Of a DNA stretch of 50,393 nt, positions 9,597-18,939 are shown one piece after another. The DNA is from a virus. Its lineage: Duplodnaviria; Caudoviricetes. A program made the translations under genes and the position numbers. A model generated the notes under the pieces. It had not been told where the DNA came from. It searched no databases and saw only the letters and a list, made by a program, of their open reading frames with translations. How positions within the stretch are numbered: position 1 is the stretch's first letter; the number at the start of each line of letters is the position of its first letter. Where the stretch lies: positions 1 through 50,393 of IMG/VR virus record IMGVR_UViG_3300023443_001574; one strand, written 5' to 3'.

Positions 9597-9988
9597 TAGA
9601 CTTTCTCTTTTTTTTAATTATTCCATTATGCATTCCAGCCGGAGACAGTTATGATTGTGGCTGGCAAATCACTTTAATTGGTTCACTGCAAGATACTCCT
9701 GAAGAAATTTACGGCAAAATAAAACCACATTGGGAAGAAGATAATATTGTCGGATTCACTGACCAAGGACTCAAAACAATCTACATTGAAAAACACGCAA
9801 TAAACTTTTACCAGGTTCTTGGTTGCAATACTCTATGGCATGAAATCCAACATGCCTGGGGATTAATGGAAGAGGAAATATCAATGTGTCCATACACTAT
9901 GCGAGATCATATTGACAAATACAATCGATTGAACTTCTATCCAAATCCTGATCTTCCATTACCTAATGTTTCAGATGCAGAAGATTAG
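9593..9988 (+). CDS. Secreted zincin-like metallopeptidase (HExxH)
   Basis: Hydrophobic N-terminus; LWHEIQHAWG motif. Confidence 0.6.
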   Translation: MIDFLFFLIIPLCIPAGDSYDCGWQITLIGSLQDTPEEIYGKIKPHWEEDNIVGFTDQGLKTIYIEKHAINFYQVLGCNTLWHEIQHAWGLMEEEISMCPYTMRDHIDKYNRLNFYPNPDLPLPNVSDAED

Positions 9989-10027
9989 ACCTTACTCTTT
10001 TTTACAAAGCATTTTTCAGTAGAGCTA

Positions 10028-10330
10028 ATGTCAACTGAGACACAGCCAAAAATAAACCTAGCCGGATTCAACATCAAAGAATGGTCTCTCATCATTCTTC
10101 TCTTTGCCATAGCTCTAGTGTTCATTGTCTTTGCCATAGGAATGGCAGTTGCAATGAATGCAGACCAGGCAACAATCACATTCTCCGGAACCATTGATTT
10201 AGGCCAGTTCACAGGCGTCATCATTGGAATAGCTATGGTAGCAGTGGTTCTAGTTAGTCAGCAATTGACTGCCAAGAACCAAGCTACAGCAGTAGCAGCT
10301 ACAGATGAAGTCTGGTTAGCTGAGAAGTAG
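10028..10330 (+). CDS. Two-TM membrane protein
   Basis: Two long hydrophobic segments. Confidence 0.65.
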   Translation: MSTETQPKINLAGFNIKEWSLIILLFAIALVFIVFAIGMAVAMNADQATITFSGTIDLGQFTGVIIGIAMVAVVLVSQQLTAKNQATAVAATDEVWLAEK

Positions 10331-10362
10331 TTCCTATTATCAACTCCTCTTTCTTTTTTTCT

Positions 10363-11025
10363 ATGGAACCAGGAATTCATTGTGAAGCTATAGTCAGCAA
10401 AGCTAATCAAAAAATTGAATTCAAAGAGAACATAGAAGGAATTGACGAATGGCCAATGTCCAAGAACTGGCCAGATGGTGAATTGAGTTATCGATTAAAT
10501 AATTTTTCTGAAGACTTTGCAGAGAAATGGCAGACACGTGCAATCGTTGTTTCATTGAGAGCCTGGAGATGGAGAATTAAAAAAATCTGGTTCAGACGAG
10601 AAAGAAATCCAGACACCAAAGTTGATTTAAATTTTGAATTCAAAGACTTAGCCCACTTTGATAACAAAAAGGGAATATTTGCACACGCTTTTTTCCCTGG
10701 TCAGGGAGCTGCCTCTGGCAATTGCCACTTCAATGATTTTTGGGATTGGGTAGCTGCAAGTAAATGGCAGGATCTAGCACGTGCTCCAATGGTTCCAATT
10801 TCAATTCATGAGATTGGTCACTTGTTAGGTCTTAGACATGACACACTTTCAAGTTCAGTGAACACTGAAATCATGTATCCATCTTTCAATCTTGGAAGAA
10901 AAAAATGGAAACTCGGTCCAAATACTGTTTCAAGAATCCAGGATAGATATGATGCTAGAACAATCAGCCAACGAATTATTGATTATTTTGCTATGAGAAG
11001 ATTCCGGGCCTCTGATTTTCGCTGA
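10363..11025 (+). CDS. Matrixin-family (M10) zinc metalloprotease
   Basis: AHAFFPG, GNCHF, HEIGHLLGLRH (HExxHxxGxxH) and Met-turn IMYP. Confidence 0.9.
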   Translation: MEPGIHCEAIVSKANQKIEFKENIEGIDEWPMSKNWPDGELSYRLNNFSEDFAEKWQTRAIVVSLRAWRWRIKKIWFRRERNPDTKVDLNFEFKDLAHFDNKKGIFAHAFFPGQGAASGNCHFNDFWDWVAASKWQDLARAPMVPISIHEIGHLLGLRHDTLSSSVNTEIMYPSFNLGRKKWKLGPNTVSRIQDRYDARTISQRIIDYFAMRRFRASDFR

Positions 11026-11055
11026 TCGCAAACTCCAAGCCTGGTGTTGAAAAAT

Positions 11056-11187
11056 AGAGGTTCCTCTTGATCGCTAAAGGATAGAAAAAAACTACAAAGA
11101 ATTACTTTGTATTACATCTACAGTAATAGATCTTACGTAAGACACTACTATTACTAGCTACAAGGTTAAGCTTAGTAGTAGTAGTGT
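11056..11187. other. Cluster of abutting inverted repeats; candidate replication origin or control region
   Basis: Inverted repeats at 11056-67, 11093-111, 11110-128 and 11131-142, plus 15-bp arms at 11142-156 / 11173-187. Confidence 0.45.
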
Positions 11188-11205
11188 AGTAGTAAATAGT
11201 GTTTC

Positions 11206-11235
11206 TTCAATCAATATATTATTATAATATTATAG
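11206..11235 (+). promoter_or_regulatory. Putative early promoter of the replication operon
   Basis: TTCAATCAATATATTATTATAATA is identical to the reverse complement of 18960-18983; both begin 44 nt upstream of a start codon. Confidence 0.65.
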
Positions 11236-11249
11236 TTGCATTATCTTTA

Positions 11250-11939
11250 ATGAGTGAAAATGAAGCAACTGAAGTTGTACTTGTTGGCCCACTAGAGGCA
11301 GTATTTGCAAAACCTGAACTAGTTCAAGAAAACATCAAAATTTTCAGAGCAGCTCTTCCAAAGCTTTTAGATCCTAAAGTTGACATGGCAGTAATTCAGG
11401 GAAAGGATTTCATCAAAAAATCAGGATGGAATGTGATCAATGGATACTTTAATGTAAAAACTCAACCAACTCAATCCTGGAGAATTGAACTTCCTGATGG
11501 AGAGTATGCCATCATTGTAGTAGTTGAAGCTGTAAAAGGTGGACGGAGTGTTTCAAGAAGTGCAGAATGTTCAAGCTTGGAAATGAAATCAAAACATCAT
11601 GGAGAAGATTATGCCAGCCTGGAATCAAATTGTTATGGCATGGCAGAAACCAGAGCAGTTGGTAGAGCATCTGCAGCATGGTATATGGTAGGAGATGTTT
11701 CAGCTGAAGAAGTTGAAGATTCTCCTGGACCAATGAAAAAGGAAGGAGAAGAAAAATTTAATCCATCTCCAACAAAAACTGTTCCTTCTACACAACAAGG
11801 GGTTACAATCTGTGTTTGTCCTACTGATAAAGTCACACTAGATGAAGATGGAAAACATTGTACAAGATGCCAGAGAATATTAGATGAAACAAAACGCAAA
11901 CTGATTTGGAAGGAACAAAAATTCCAACCAACATCTTAA
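11250..11939 (+). CDS. Putative ssDNA-annealing protein (Rad52/Sak-like) with C-terminal Zn finger
   Basis: IQGKDFIKKSGW and MAETRAVGRA motifs; CxC...CxxC; directly upstream of radA. ATG 11250 preferred over the ORF-track start at 11199. Confidence 0.55.
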   Translation: MSENEATEVVLVGPLEAVFAKPELVQENIKIFRAALPKLLDPKVDMAVIQGKDFIKKSGWNVINGYFNVKTQPTQSWRIELPDGEYAIIVVVEAVKGGRSVSRSAECSSLEMKSKHHGEDYASLESNCYGMAETRAVGRASAAWYMVGDVSAEEVEDSPGPMKKEGEEKFNPSPTKTVPSTQQGVTICVCPTDKVTLDEDGKHCTRCQRILDETKRKLIWKEQKFQPTS

Positions 11940-11955
11940 TTTTTTTGGTGATTAA

Positions 11956-13113
11956 TTGGCCAAAATAATCAGAAAATCTGAGAAAGTGACAATTCATCAA
12001 AGTGATAAGAAACCTGATAAGAAGATTGATCCACTTTCTCTGGATGATGTTCCAAAGTTAGGACCAATCAAAATCAAGGCACTGGAAGAAGAAGGATACA
12101 CTACGGCTCTACAAGTAGCTTGCAAATCTCCAACGTTTCTAAAAGAAGTCTGTGATATGGACAGAGAAGAAGCAGGAATTGTATTACACTATATCAAAAA
12201 TAAACTCAAAAAAGCAGGTATCCTGGAAAAACAAGAACTTACAGCTCTGGAATTATTGAAACGAAGAAAGCTCGTCAAACGGTTAAAGATTGGTTGTAAT
12301 AATTTTGACAAGCTTCTTGATGGTGGAATTGAATGCGGAGCAATGACACAATTCTATGGAGAGTTTGGTTCAGGGAAGACTCAGATGGTTCATAATCTTG
12401 CAATCCAAGCTCAACTGCCACGAGAACAGGGAGGATTTGCAGAGAAAGACAAACCTCCTCCAATTGTATTGATTATTGATTCAGAAAAAACCACAAGATC
12501 AGAAAGGTTTCTCTCAATCATGGCAGGAAAAGGGATAATCCCAACTAAAATTCCAGCCAAGATTAGAGACAAGCTTCTTGCATACAAAGAACTTGACATA
12601 GAAGAGCAAAAAGAGTATAACATGTTAGTGGCAAAACAGGAAAAGGAAGGTAAGGATTTTCTCAATCATATAGAAATTCAAGAGGTCACTGACACTTACC
12701 AATTATTTCTCAGAGTGCAAAATCTCTTGCAAGTCATGGAACATGTCAACATAAAGCTTGTACTCATCGATTCAATGGTAGCTACTGCCAGAGGAGAATA
12801 CATCGGACGTGGAAATATGAAAGCAAAATCAGAAATACTAAACGAGATGCTACGTAATCTCAAAATAATTTCTGAGAATTATAAGATTCCAATAGTCATC
12901 ATAAATCAAATCTATCACAGACCTGAAGAGGATTATGGAAGAGACCCTGATGTTTTCTATGGTGGAAACATTCTGGCCCACACAGTCACTTATCACATAA
13001 AGCTAAAAAAATCTGGAAAGAAAAGAAAGGCCATAATCACAAAGTCACCTTATCAGGCCAACGATGAGGCAACATTCATTCTTTCAGATGCAGGAATCAG
13101 TGATCCGAATTGA
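11956..13113 (+). CDS. radA: RadA recombinase (archaeal type)
   Basis: N-terminal HhH domain, LLDGGIECG, Walker A GEFGSGKTQ, Walker B LVLIDS, INQ, GGNILAH. Confidence 0.95.
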   Translation: MAKIIRKSEKVTIHQSDKKPDKKIDPLSLDDVPKLGPIKIKALEEEGYTTALQVACKSPTFLKEVCDMDREEAGIVLHYIKNKLKKAGILEKQELTALELLKRRKLVKRLKIGCNNFDKLLDGGIECGAMTQFYGEFGSGKTQMVHNLAIQAQLPREQGGFAEKDKPPPIVLIIDSEKTTRSERFLSIMAGKGIIPTKIPAKIRDKLLAYKELDIEEQKEYNMLVAKQEKEGKDFLNHIEIQEVTDTYQLFLRVQNLLQVMEHVNIKLVLIDSMVATARGEYIGRGNMKAKSEILNEMLRNLKIISENYKIPIVIINQIYHRPEEDYGRDPDVFYGGNILAHTVTYHIKLKKSGKKRKAIITKSPYQANDEATFILSDAGISDPN

Positions 13114-13253
13114 AAAAAGATACTTGCTCTATCTGTGGGGATGAAGGGATAGTAGAATACATCGACATATATTTTTTATTTGGATTTTTTAAAATTAAAA
13201 GAACAAAATGCCTTTGTGAAAAACACTACTTCCAAAAGGAGTTCAATAAATGA
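13110..13253 (+). CDS. Zn-finger microprotein (47 aa)
   Basis: CSIC...CEKH; TTGA and ATGA overlaps at the two ends. Confidence 0.6.
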   Translation: MKKDTCSICGDEGIVEYIDIYFLFGFFKIKRTKCLCEKHYFQKEFNK

Positions 13254-13504
13254 CTCCAAAGGTCTTTACACCAGGAATGAAAGTTGGAGAACTTTGTGAT
13301 TCTGACTTTGATAAATTAGCAAAAGAAATTGCAGAAAGAGCTAAAAATCTAGTCTTCATGACAGCAGATAAAAATTCAAAAGCAATATTAAATGAAATAA
13401 AAAATATGAAACTTGAGGCAAAACGAACTTTTACTTTGAACTTTGAAGTGACTTTATTTCATAATGATATTATTGAAATTTTGGGAGGATTCAGAAGAAA
13501 ATGA
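13250..13504 (+). CDS. Hypothetical protein
   Basis: ORF with coupled overlaps and SD GGAG. Confidence 0.6.
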   Translation: MTPKVFTPGMKVGELCDSDFDKLAKEIAERAKNLVFMTADKNSKAILNEIKNMKLEAKRTFTLNFEVTLFHNDIIEILGGFRRK

Positions 13505-13803
13505 CTCCAATGGAAGAATTCTATTTGAAGATGGGATTCCTGGACTGCTTGCAGATGTCTGCACAAGCTGCGCCAAAACCAGAACAGGCCATCATGAAAC
13601 GAATGTATATCCAGGAGAAAATGATACCTGAAGTTCTACCAAATGTCCCACAAGAAGAGATTCTAAGACGCATCGATGAGATTAATGTCAGGAAAGTGAC
13701 AGAAGAGATGGTCCTAAAATACATCAAACCATATGTAGAAATGGAAAAGATGATAGATATTCTTAAGAAAGCAAAATATACAAACATTGGGGATTTGAAA
13801 TGA
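13501..13803 (+). CDS. Hypothetical protein
   Basis: ATGA overlap and SD GGAGG. Confidence 0.6.
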   Translation: MTPMEEFYLKMGFLDCLQMSAQAAPKPEQAIMKRMYIQEKMIPEVLPNVPQEEILRRIDEINVRKVTEEMVLKYIKPYVEMEKMIDILKKAKYTNIGDLK

Positions 13804-13928
13804 ATTTATCTTCTCAAGATAAAAGTAAACGAATAACGAAATGCTGTCCTGATTGTGGGTGTACTAACATTAATCATTATTCATGGTGTAGGATTCACGA
13901 AACCTCTGTTGAAAGGTGGCATCATTGA
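13800..13928 (+). CDS. Cys/His microprotein (42 aa)
   Basis: CCPDCGC..H...C..H; ATGA overlap. Confidence 0.5.
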   Translation: MNLSSQDKSKRITKCCPDCGCTNINHYSWCRIHETSVERWHH

Positions 13929-14104
13929 CAAAAGACCAACAAAGTTGGTTTATAATTAATCACTATCCAAAATTAGATGATATTACAGAGTTTGAATCCA
14001 AGTCTGAGGCACAAAAATTCTATATGGAAAATTGTCAAGATGGGAAAAATTGTTGGGGTATAATAATTCAAAGACCAAAAGGCTTCTTTACAATAGGTGA
14101 ATGA
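13925..14104 (+). CDS. Hypothetical protein
   Basis: TTGA overlap, in frame with ORF-track 13916. Confidence 0.5.
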   Translation: MTKDQQSWFIINHYPKLDDITEFESKSEAQKFYMENCQDGKNCWGIIIQRPKGFFTIGE

Positions 14105-14155
14105 TGTAATGTCAATTTTTGTGAAAAGCCAACTTGGCTTACATGATTAAGGAAA

Positions 14156-15172
14156 ATGTCTTTAACTAAGCAAATCCTCAGTTTAAGTATGGTTGAAGAA
14201 ATTCAATTAGAAGCTGGAACATTCACTATAGCTGATCTTGATGGAATAATAAAAGTAACATTCACTATACCTGATCCTATAATAATAAAAAAGCAAGTAG
14301 AGGACCTAGAAAAGTCCTTAGTCGTAAAAGGACTTGCAACCAATCCAGATAATGACACAATCAACTATAAAGTTGTTGTAACAGGAAGTATAAGAAAAGG
14401 TTCGGCTGCAAATCCTGCTGATGTAATATCGGATGATGGTAGGACATTATACGGTAAAATAAATCCACAAGTAGGTATTGATAATTACTTTGTTATTGGT
14501 GACATAGTTTCAGTAGAAGCACCTGTTGATTTATCAGTAACCTTAGACGGTGTTTCAATACCTGTGACTATTCCACCCCCACCCACACCAACAGAAAAAC
14601 ATTTAATCATAAAAGGAGATCCAGCAAACGATAATAGAACTATAGCATATAGTGTTACAATAGCAGGAGGGGTAACAAGAATAGGACCAGAAGCTAGTCC
14701 TGTTTCAGATTTGATAGTTGGAACTAATATCACAGCTAGGATATATTCTGGAATAACTCCAGGAATAGGTATAAGTACAGATGATTACTTTTTTACAGGT
14801 ACACTTGAATCAATTAACTCATCTGTAAATCTTGTAGCTACAGTTGACGGTATTCCATTTCCTGTAACAATAGTTGAACCATCTCCTCCAGCAGGAAAAC
14901 ATTTAGAGATAAGAGGAGATCCAGCTAATCTAATAAATAAGATAATATCATATACAGTTACAATTTCAGGCGGAGTTACAACACTAGGATTAAGAAGCTT
15001 TGATCCTGTAACTGACTTTATAATTGGAACTAATATAGAAGGAAAAACAAAAGCCAAGACTGGTTTTGATGACTATTTCTTTACAGGAGAGATTGTATCA
15101 GTTAATTCACCAGTAAATCTTCTTGTTACAGTTGATTATGTTCCATTTCCTGTGATTACTCCAACATCATGA
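14156..15172 (+). CDS. Protein with three ~95-aa beta-rich repeats and Pro/Thr linkers
   Basis: Three copies of KxLxxKG...YxVxxxG...D(D/N)YFxxGxxxS...VTxDxxxxPV. Confidence 0.75.
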   Translation: MSLTKQILSLSMVEEIQLEAGTFTIADLDGIIKVTFTIPDPIIIKKQVEDLEKSLVVKGLATNPDNDTINYKVVVTGSIRKGSAANPADVISDDGRTLYGKINPQVGIDNYFVIGDIVSVEAPVDLSVTLDGVSIPVTIPPPPTPTEKHLIIKGDPANDNRTIAYSVTIAGGVTRIGPEASPVSDLIVGTNITARIYSGITPGIGISTDDYFFTGTLESINSSVNLVATVDGIPFPVTIVEPSPPAGKHLEIRGDPANLINKIISYTVTISGGVTTLGLRSFDPVTDFIIGTNIEGKTKAKTGFDDYFFTGEIVSVNSPVNLLVTVDYVPFPVITPTS

Positions 15173-15327
15173 TGAGATTATCTAAGCAAAGACAACGAGC
15201 AGTTTGTCCTAAATGTGGAAAACCTAATAGTAAATTATATGAATTTAATGCTAAAGATTTCAGATTGTTAAAGTGCTCAGAATGTCATGAAGTATCACCA
15301 TATCAGAGGTATTTTGTTGTCAATTAA
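15169..15327 (+). CDS. Zn-ribbon microprotein (52 aa)
   Basis: CPKC...CSEC. Confidence 0.6.
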   Translation: MMRLSKQRQRAVCPKCGKPNSKLYEFNAKDFRLLKCSECHEVSPYQRYFVVN

Positions 15328-15339
15328 CTCAAAAAGAAA

Positions 15340-15453
15340 ATGAGCGGAAATAGCATCTCCAAATATGTCTGCCATGTCTGCAATTTCGTTACTAACTCAA
15401 AGAAAGTTTATGATGACCATTTTAAATTCAAGCTTCATCAGGATGCAGTGTGA
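15340..15453 (+). CDS. C2H2 Zn-finger microprotein (37 aa)
   Basis: YVCHVCNF...HFKFKLH; GTGA overlap with the next gene. Confidence 0.6.
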   Translation: MSGNSISKYVCHVCNFVTNSKKVYDDHFKFKLHQDAV

Positions 15454-15965
15454 AAGTAAACCGAACCAGAAGCATAGCTAAAAAACAAATGAGAGAAAAC
15501 GGTAGAACAAAGAACCGTCCAGAAGAGAAACTTGCTGTCAATCTTATTGAAGTGGGATTGCCTGCTTACGCTCATGTCATACCACAGAAAAAATTAACAC
15601 TAAACGATCCTGATGGTCCAGACATTGAATTCAATGTAGACATCGCTGTAAGATTGGGACATCTTAAAACAGTCATAGAACTTCATGGTCCATATCACGA
15701 TGAAAAAAAGTATGTGAGAAGAGACAGAATTAGAAGACTGCTCCTGGAACACAATGGATGGAACACACTTGTAATCCATCATTCAAAAGCGCCTATTCTA
15801 TTCAAGGAATCCAAGAAATGGAAACTTGAAGAATTATCCAAAGTGTATGGTGAAATCATAGATCAGATTGGTGAAAAGTTACCACTCAGCAAAGAGATAC
15901 CAGATGGAACCTTTGAATTTGTATTACGTAAGACACAGCTAAACGAATCTGATCAAGTTAGTTAA
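15450..15965 (+). CDS. DUF559/Vsr-like PD-(D/E)xK endonuclease
   Basis: VDI...VIELHGPYH...RDR...LEHNGW pattern. Confidence 0.75.
   Translation: MKVNRTRSIAKKQMRENGRTKNRPEEKLAVNLIEVGLPAYAHVIPQKKLTLNDPDGPDIEFNVDIAVRLGHLKTVIELHGPYHDEKKYVRRDRIRRLLLEHNGWNTLVIHHSKAPILFKESKKWKLEELSKVYGEIIDQIGEKLPLSKEIPDGTFEFVLRKTQLNESDQVS
15920..15935. promoter_or_regulatory. Palindromic operator-like site (consensus TGTCTTACGTAAGACA)
   Basis: 15/16 match here; 14/16 copies at 11129-11144 and 25504-25519. Confidence 0.55.
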
Positions 15966-16021
15966 ATTATAAATTCTAAAAGAGATAATAACAAATTTTT
16001 TAAATCCTTTATGGGAAAAGC

Positions 16022-16378
16022 ATGAAACGCGATTATGACAGACTGTATTTAGGAAGCATTACTGTTAGGATGCCAGAATCAATGCTTAAGAAACTTGATG
16101 AAAAATGTGGAGCTGGTCTAAAATATCGAGATAGATCAGAGGCAATCCGTTCTTTAGTTTCTCTTGGAATGCAAGTTGAAAGCTTGTTAGAAATTCAGAG
16201 TGATCCTAAAAAGAAGAAAGAGTTTGAAGAGAAGATCACGTTTCTATTCCAGGAGAATAATCTAGAAAAAACCATGGAGACAATGACAGAGAAAGAGCTC
16301 AGTACAATAATCTTCATCGCAACGAATCTCCAGGATAAGAAGATTCAGCAACTCGTGTTTGACGTTAAGAAGAGCTGA
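16022..16378 (+). CDS. CopG/NikR-type ribbon-helix-helix regulator
   Basis: ITVRMPESMLKKLDE...YRDRSEAIR; overlaps the MCM start. Confidence 0.8.
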   Translation: MKRDYDRLYLGSITVRMPESMLKKLDEKCGAGLKYRDRSEAIRSLVSLGMQVESLLEIQSDPKKKKEFEEKITFLFQENNLEKTMETMTEKELSTIIFIATNLQDKKIQQLVFDVKKS

Positions 16379-18389
16379 TTGTTTGAGCAAAGTAGAAGCC
16401 AACGAATACACTGAATCAGCTAAACGTGATGTTATCTACAATTTTTTGAAAGACAACAAAGAACTTCGTGACATACTTTACAAATTTACAGCTAGACCAA
16501 GCGGAACGTTCCTTTTCAATCCAATGGGTCAGGACCTAATTTTTGAATGGTTCCTGGAAGATGCTGAACAAATCATCACGCAAACTAAGATAGCCTGTAT
16601 CCAACTCATCTGTGGATGGGGAGGAGAGAGATTACGTGATTCCCTGGTGAAAAATTTCACAGTACAAATTTCTGATTCAAACGAAATTAAGATGCAGGAT
16701 TGGAATGCAGAGTATGAAGGAATTCCAGTATCTGTGAACGTCCAAGTAATTGGAGCATTCAATGAAGAGACATATACCAAATCAGCATATTGTGCTTGTC
16801 CTGAATGTCATCATGGCAAAGAAGTTTTTGACTTGAGCATTGTTCCACGTTGTACTACTGATAGCTGCACACTCAAAGGAACCCTAATGATGGTCAGAAG
16901 AGAGACTTTGAAAACTGGACCAATCAAAACAATAATGATTCAGGAACCACTAGAAGAAGCAAAACACTCTGCTCCAAAAATTTTTCCATGTATTATCAAA
17001 GATGATGATGTAGTTGCAACATTCATTGGCCAACGAAAAAAGATAATTGCAATCTTCAGATCCGAACCACAAAAAGGAAAACCAACTAACCGCATCATGA
17101 TCCACGCAATCTCGGTCCATAGCCTAGGGGAAATGGATGAGATTCAACCAACAGATGAAGAGATGGAAAAATTTATGGCCATGTCCAAACAGGATAACTA
17201 TGTTTCAAAGATAGTTGATTCGTATGCTCCTGAAGTAAGATATGGTGGAACAGAACTTGCAAAGCTTTGTCTGATTCTTTCAATCCTTGGAGGAAACAAA
17301 GCAGGCAGACTCAGAGGATACATTCACGCTTTTCTGGTAGGAGATCCTAGCACAGCAAAATCAAAGATGCTAGAATTCATGCCACTAGTTGTTCAAAAGT
17401 CTGGCTTTGCAGTAGGTGGGACCGCATCAGGTTCTGGTATCACTGTAGCAATGGACACACTGCCAAACAGAATGAAGATGCCACGAGCTGGTCTGATTCC
17501 AAACTGTACTGGAGGATGCGCAGCAATAGATGAACTGAACCAGCTTGAAGATGAGGATCTGGGAAAGGTCTTCGAAGCTATGGAATCTGGCACAATTCAC
17601 TACAATAAAGGTGGATTCGATGTTCTACTAGTTGCGGAAACCGCAATCCAGGCTGGAGCCAATCCACGTGGATATTACTACAACAAATCCAAATCCATTG
17701 TGGACAATATCCATATGCCAGGACCATTGATTGCAAGATTTGATTTGAAAATTCTTCTCCAGGATAGCGACAACACAGTAGAAGAGAGAAACATACTGAA
17801 TCACATTTCCTTGATCAGAGAGATTGGAGTGGAGAAATATGTTGACACAAATGCATTGCTACAGCCACGTGAACTCATGGTGCTGTTCAACCTCGCAAGA
17901 TCATTCACTCCAAAGATGTCCAAAGAAGCAGAGAAATTGATCACAGATTTTCACATGATGATGAAATCACTTCCACAGGATGAAGGCTCATTCAGAATTG
18001 ACAAGAGATTCTTTGAAGCTATTGGAAGGATATGTATTGCATATGCGAAACTTCACTTCCAGAAGACTGTCACAAAAGAGATGGCCATGACAGTAATTGA
18101 GATTTACAAAAAAACTTTGAAGACATTTGGAATGAATGTAGAATCAGGAGAGATGCAACTCTCATTGGAGGAATCAGGAAAAACAAAGGAGACTGCATTT
18201 GTATTTGTTTTCAAAGACAAGCAGGAATCGCTGAATGAAACTTTTCTTCAGGCCGAGGTAGTTCTCAAAGGAATGTGCAAACACTATCCAAGATTCTGGA
18301 GAAACATGGATGAAGCTGCATTGTACTTTGACAAAATGGCCAAAGGTGAAAAGCTAGTTGCAAGAGCAGGAAGGTTCAATCTTTCTTGA
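16359..18389 (+). CDS. mcm: MCM replicative helicase
   Basis: Zn finger CPEC..C....C, Walker A GDPSTAKS, Walker B IDE, EAME, GANP, ARFD. Confidence 0.95.
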   Translation: MTLRRADCLSKVEANEYTESAKRDVIYNFLKDNKELRDILYKFTARPSGTFLFNPMGQDLIFEWFLEDAEQIITQTKIACIQLICGWGGERLRDSLVKNFTVQISDSNEIKMQDWNAEYEGIPVSVNVQVIGAFNEETYTKSAYCACPECHHGKEVFDLSIVPRCTTDSCTLKGTLMMVRRETLKTGPIKTIMIQEPLEEAKHSAPKIFPCIIKDDDVVATFIGQRKKIIAIFRSEPQKGKPTNRIMIHAISVHSLGEMDEIQPTDEEMEKFMAMSKQDNYVSKIVDSYAPEVRYGGTELAKLCLILSILGGNKAGRLRGYIHAFLVGDPSTAKSKMLEFMPLVVQKSGFAVGGTASGSGITVAMDTLPNRMKMPRAGLIPNCTGGCAAIDELNQLEDEDLGKVFEAMESGTIHYNKGGFDVLLVAETAIQAGANPRGYYYNKSKSIVDNIHMPGPLIARFDLKILLQDSDNTVEERNILNHISLIREIGVEKYVDTNALLQPRELMVLFNLARSFTPKMSKEAEKLITDFHMMMKSLPQDEGSFRIDKRFFEAIGRICIAYAKLHFQKTVTKEMAMTVIEIYKKTLKTFGMNVESGEMQLSLEESGKTKETAFVFVFKDKQESLNETFLQAEVVLKGMCKHYPRFWRNMDEAALYFDKMAKGEKLVARAGRFNLS

Positions 18390-18796
18390 CAAAATGGTTA
18401 GTTGCTAATACTGTTAGCGTCAAAGGTGGAAAGATAGAACATCAGATATCTGAAAAACCATTATTGCATGCTTGCTGTGCAGAAGATCACTTTGGAGATA
18501 CAAATATCGACATAAGGCCAGAAGTCAATCCTGATGTTGTCTGTGATGTACTAGAAGAATTACCATTTAAGAATGACCAATTTGCTGCAGCATTTGCTGA
18601 CATTCCTTGGATTGGTGCATGGCGTTGGAACGCTGCAAAAACTATCAAACACTTGCTTAGAGTGGCTCCAATAGTTTACATTATTTCTCCTTGGTTGTAT
18701 GGAGCTAAAACTTGTTATCCTGAAACGATTAATGTGTCCTGGAGACCTGGAATCAATCATCCAATTCTATTTGTTAAATATGTAAGAAGAAACTAA
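18386..18796 (+). CDS. Small SAM-dependent methyltransferase (amino-MTase-like)
   Basis: LHACC, DIRPEVNPDVVCD, LPF, and DIPW in place of a DPPY-type motif. Confidence 0.6.
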   Translation: MTKWLVANTVSVKGGKIEHQISEKPLLHACCAEDHFGDTNIDIRPEVNPDVVCDVLEELPFKNDQFAAAFADIPWIGAWRWNAAKTIKHLLRVAPIVYIISPWLYGAKTCYPETINVSWRPGINHPILFVKYVRRN

Positions 18797-18939
18797 TCTT
18801 CAAAAATAATTGTGATGTTGAGATCCTTTCCAAGAAGGCCTTTGTCCTTCAGTTCCTGGTGAAATTTTTTCGGAATATTGACATGAAGAGCTGGTCCTTG
18901 AGTGTTAATTTTAGATATCTGTTCTATAGTATGTTTCAC
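18793..18939 (-). CDS. AbrB/SpoVT-like transcription regulator (48 aa); the only convincing minus-strand gene
   Basis: SKINTQGPALHVNIPKKF..ELKDKGLLGKDLNITI swapped-hairpin pattern; GTG start at 18939. Confidence 0.65.
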   Translation of the reverse strand: MKHTIEQISKINTQGPALHVNIPKKFHQELKDKGLLGKDLNITIIFED

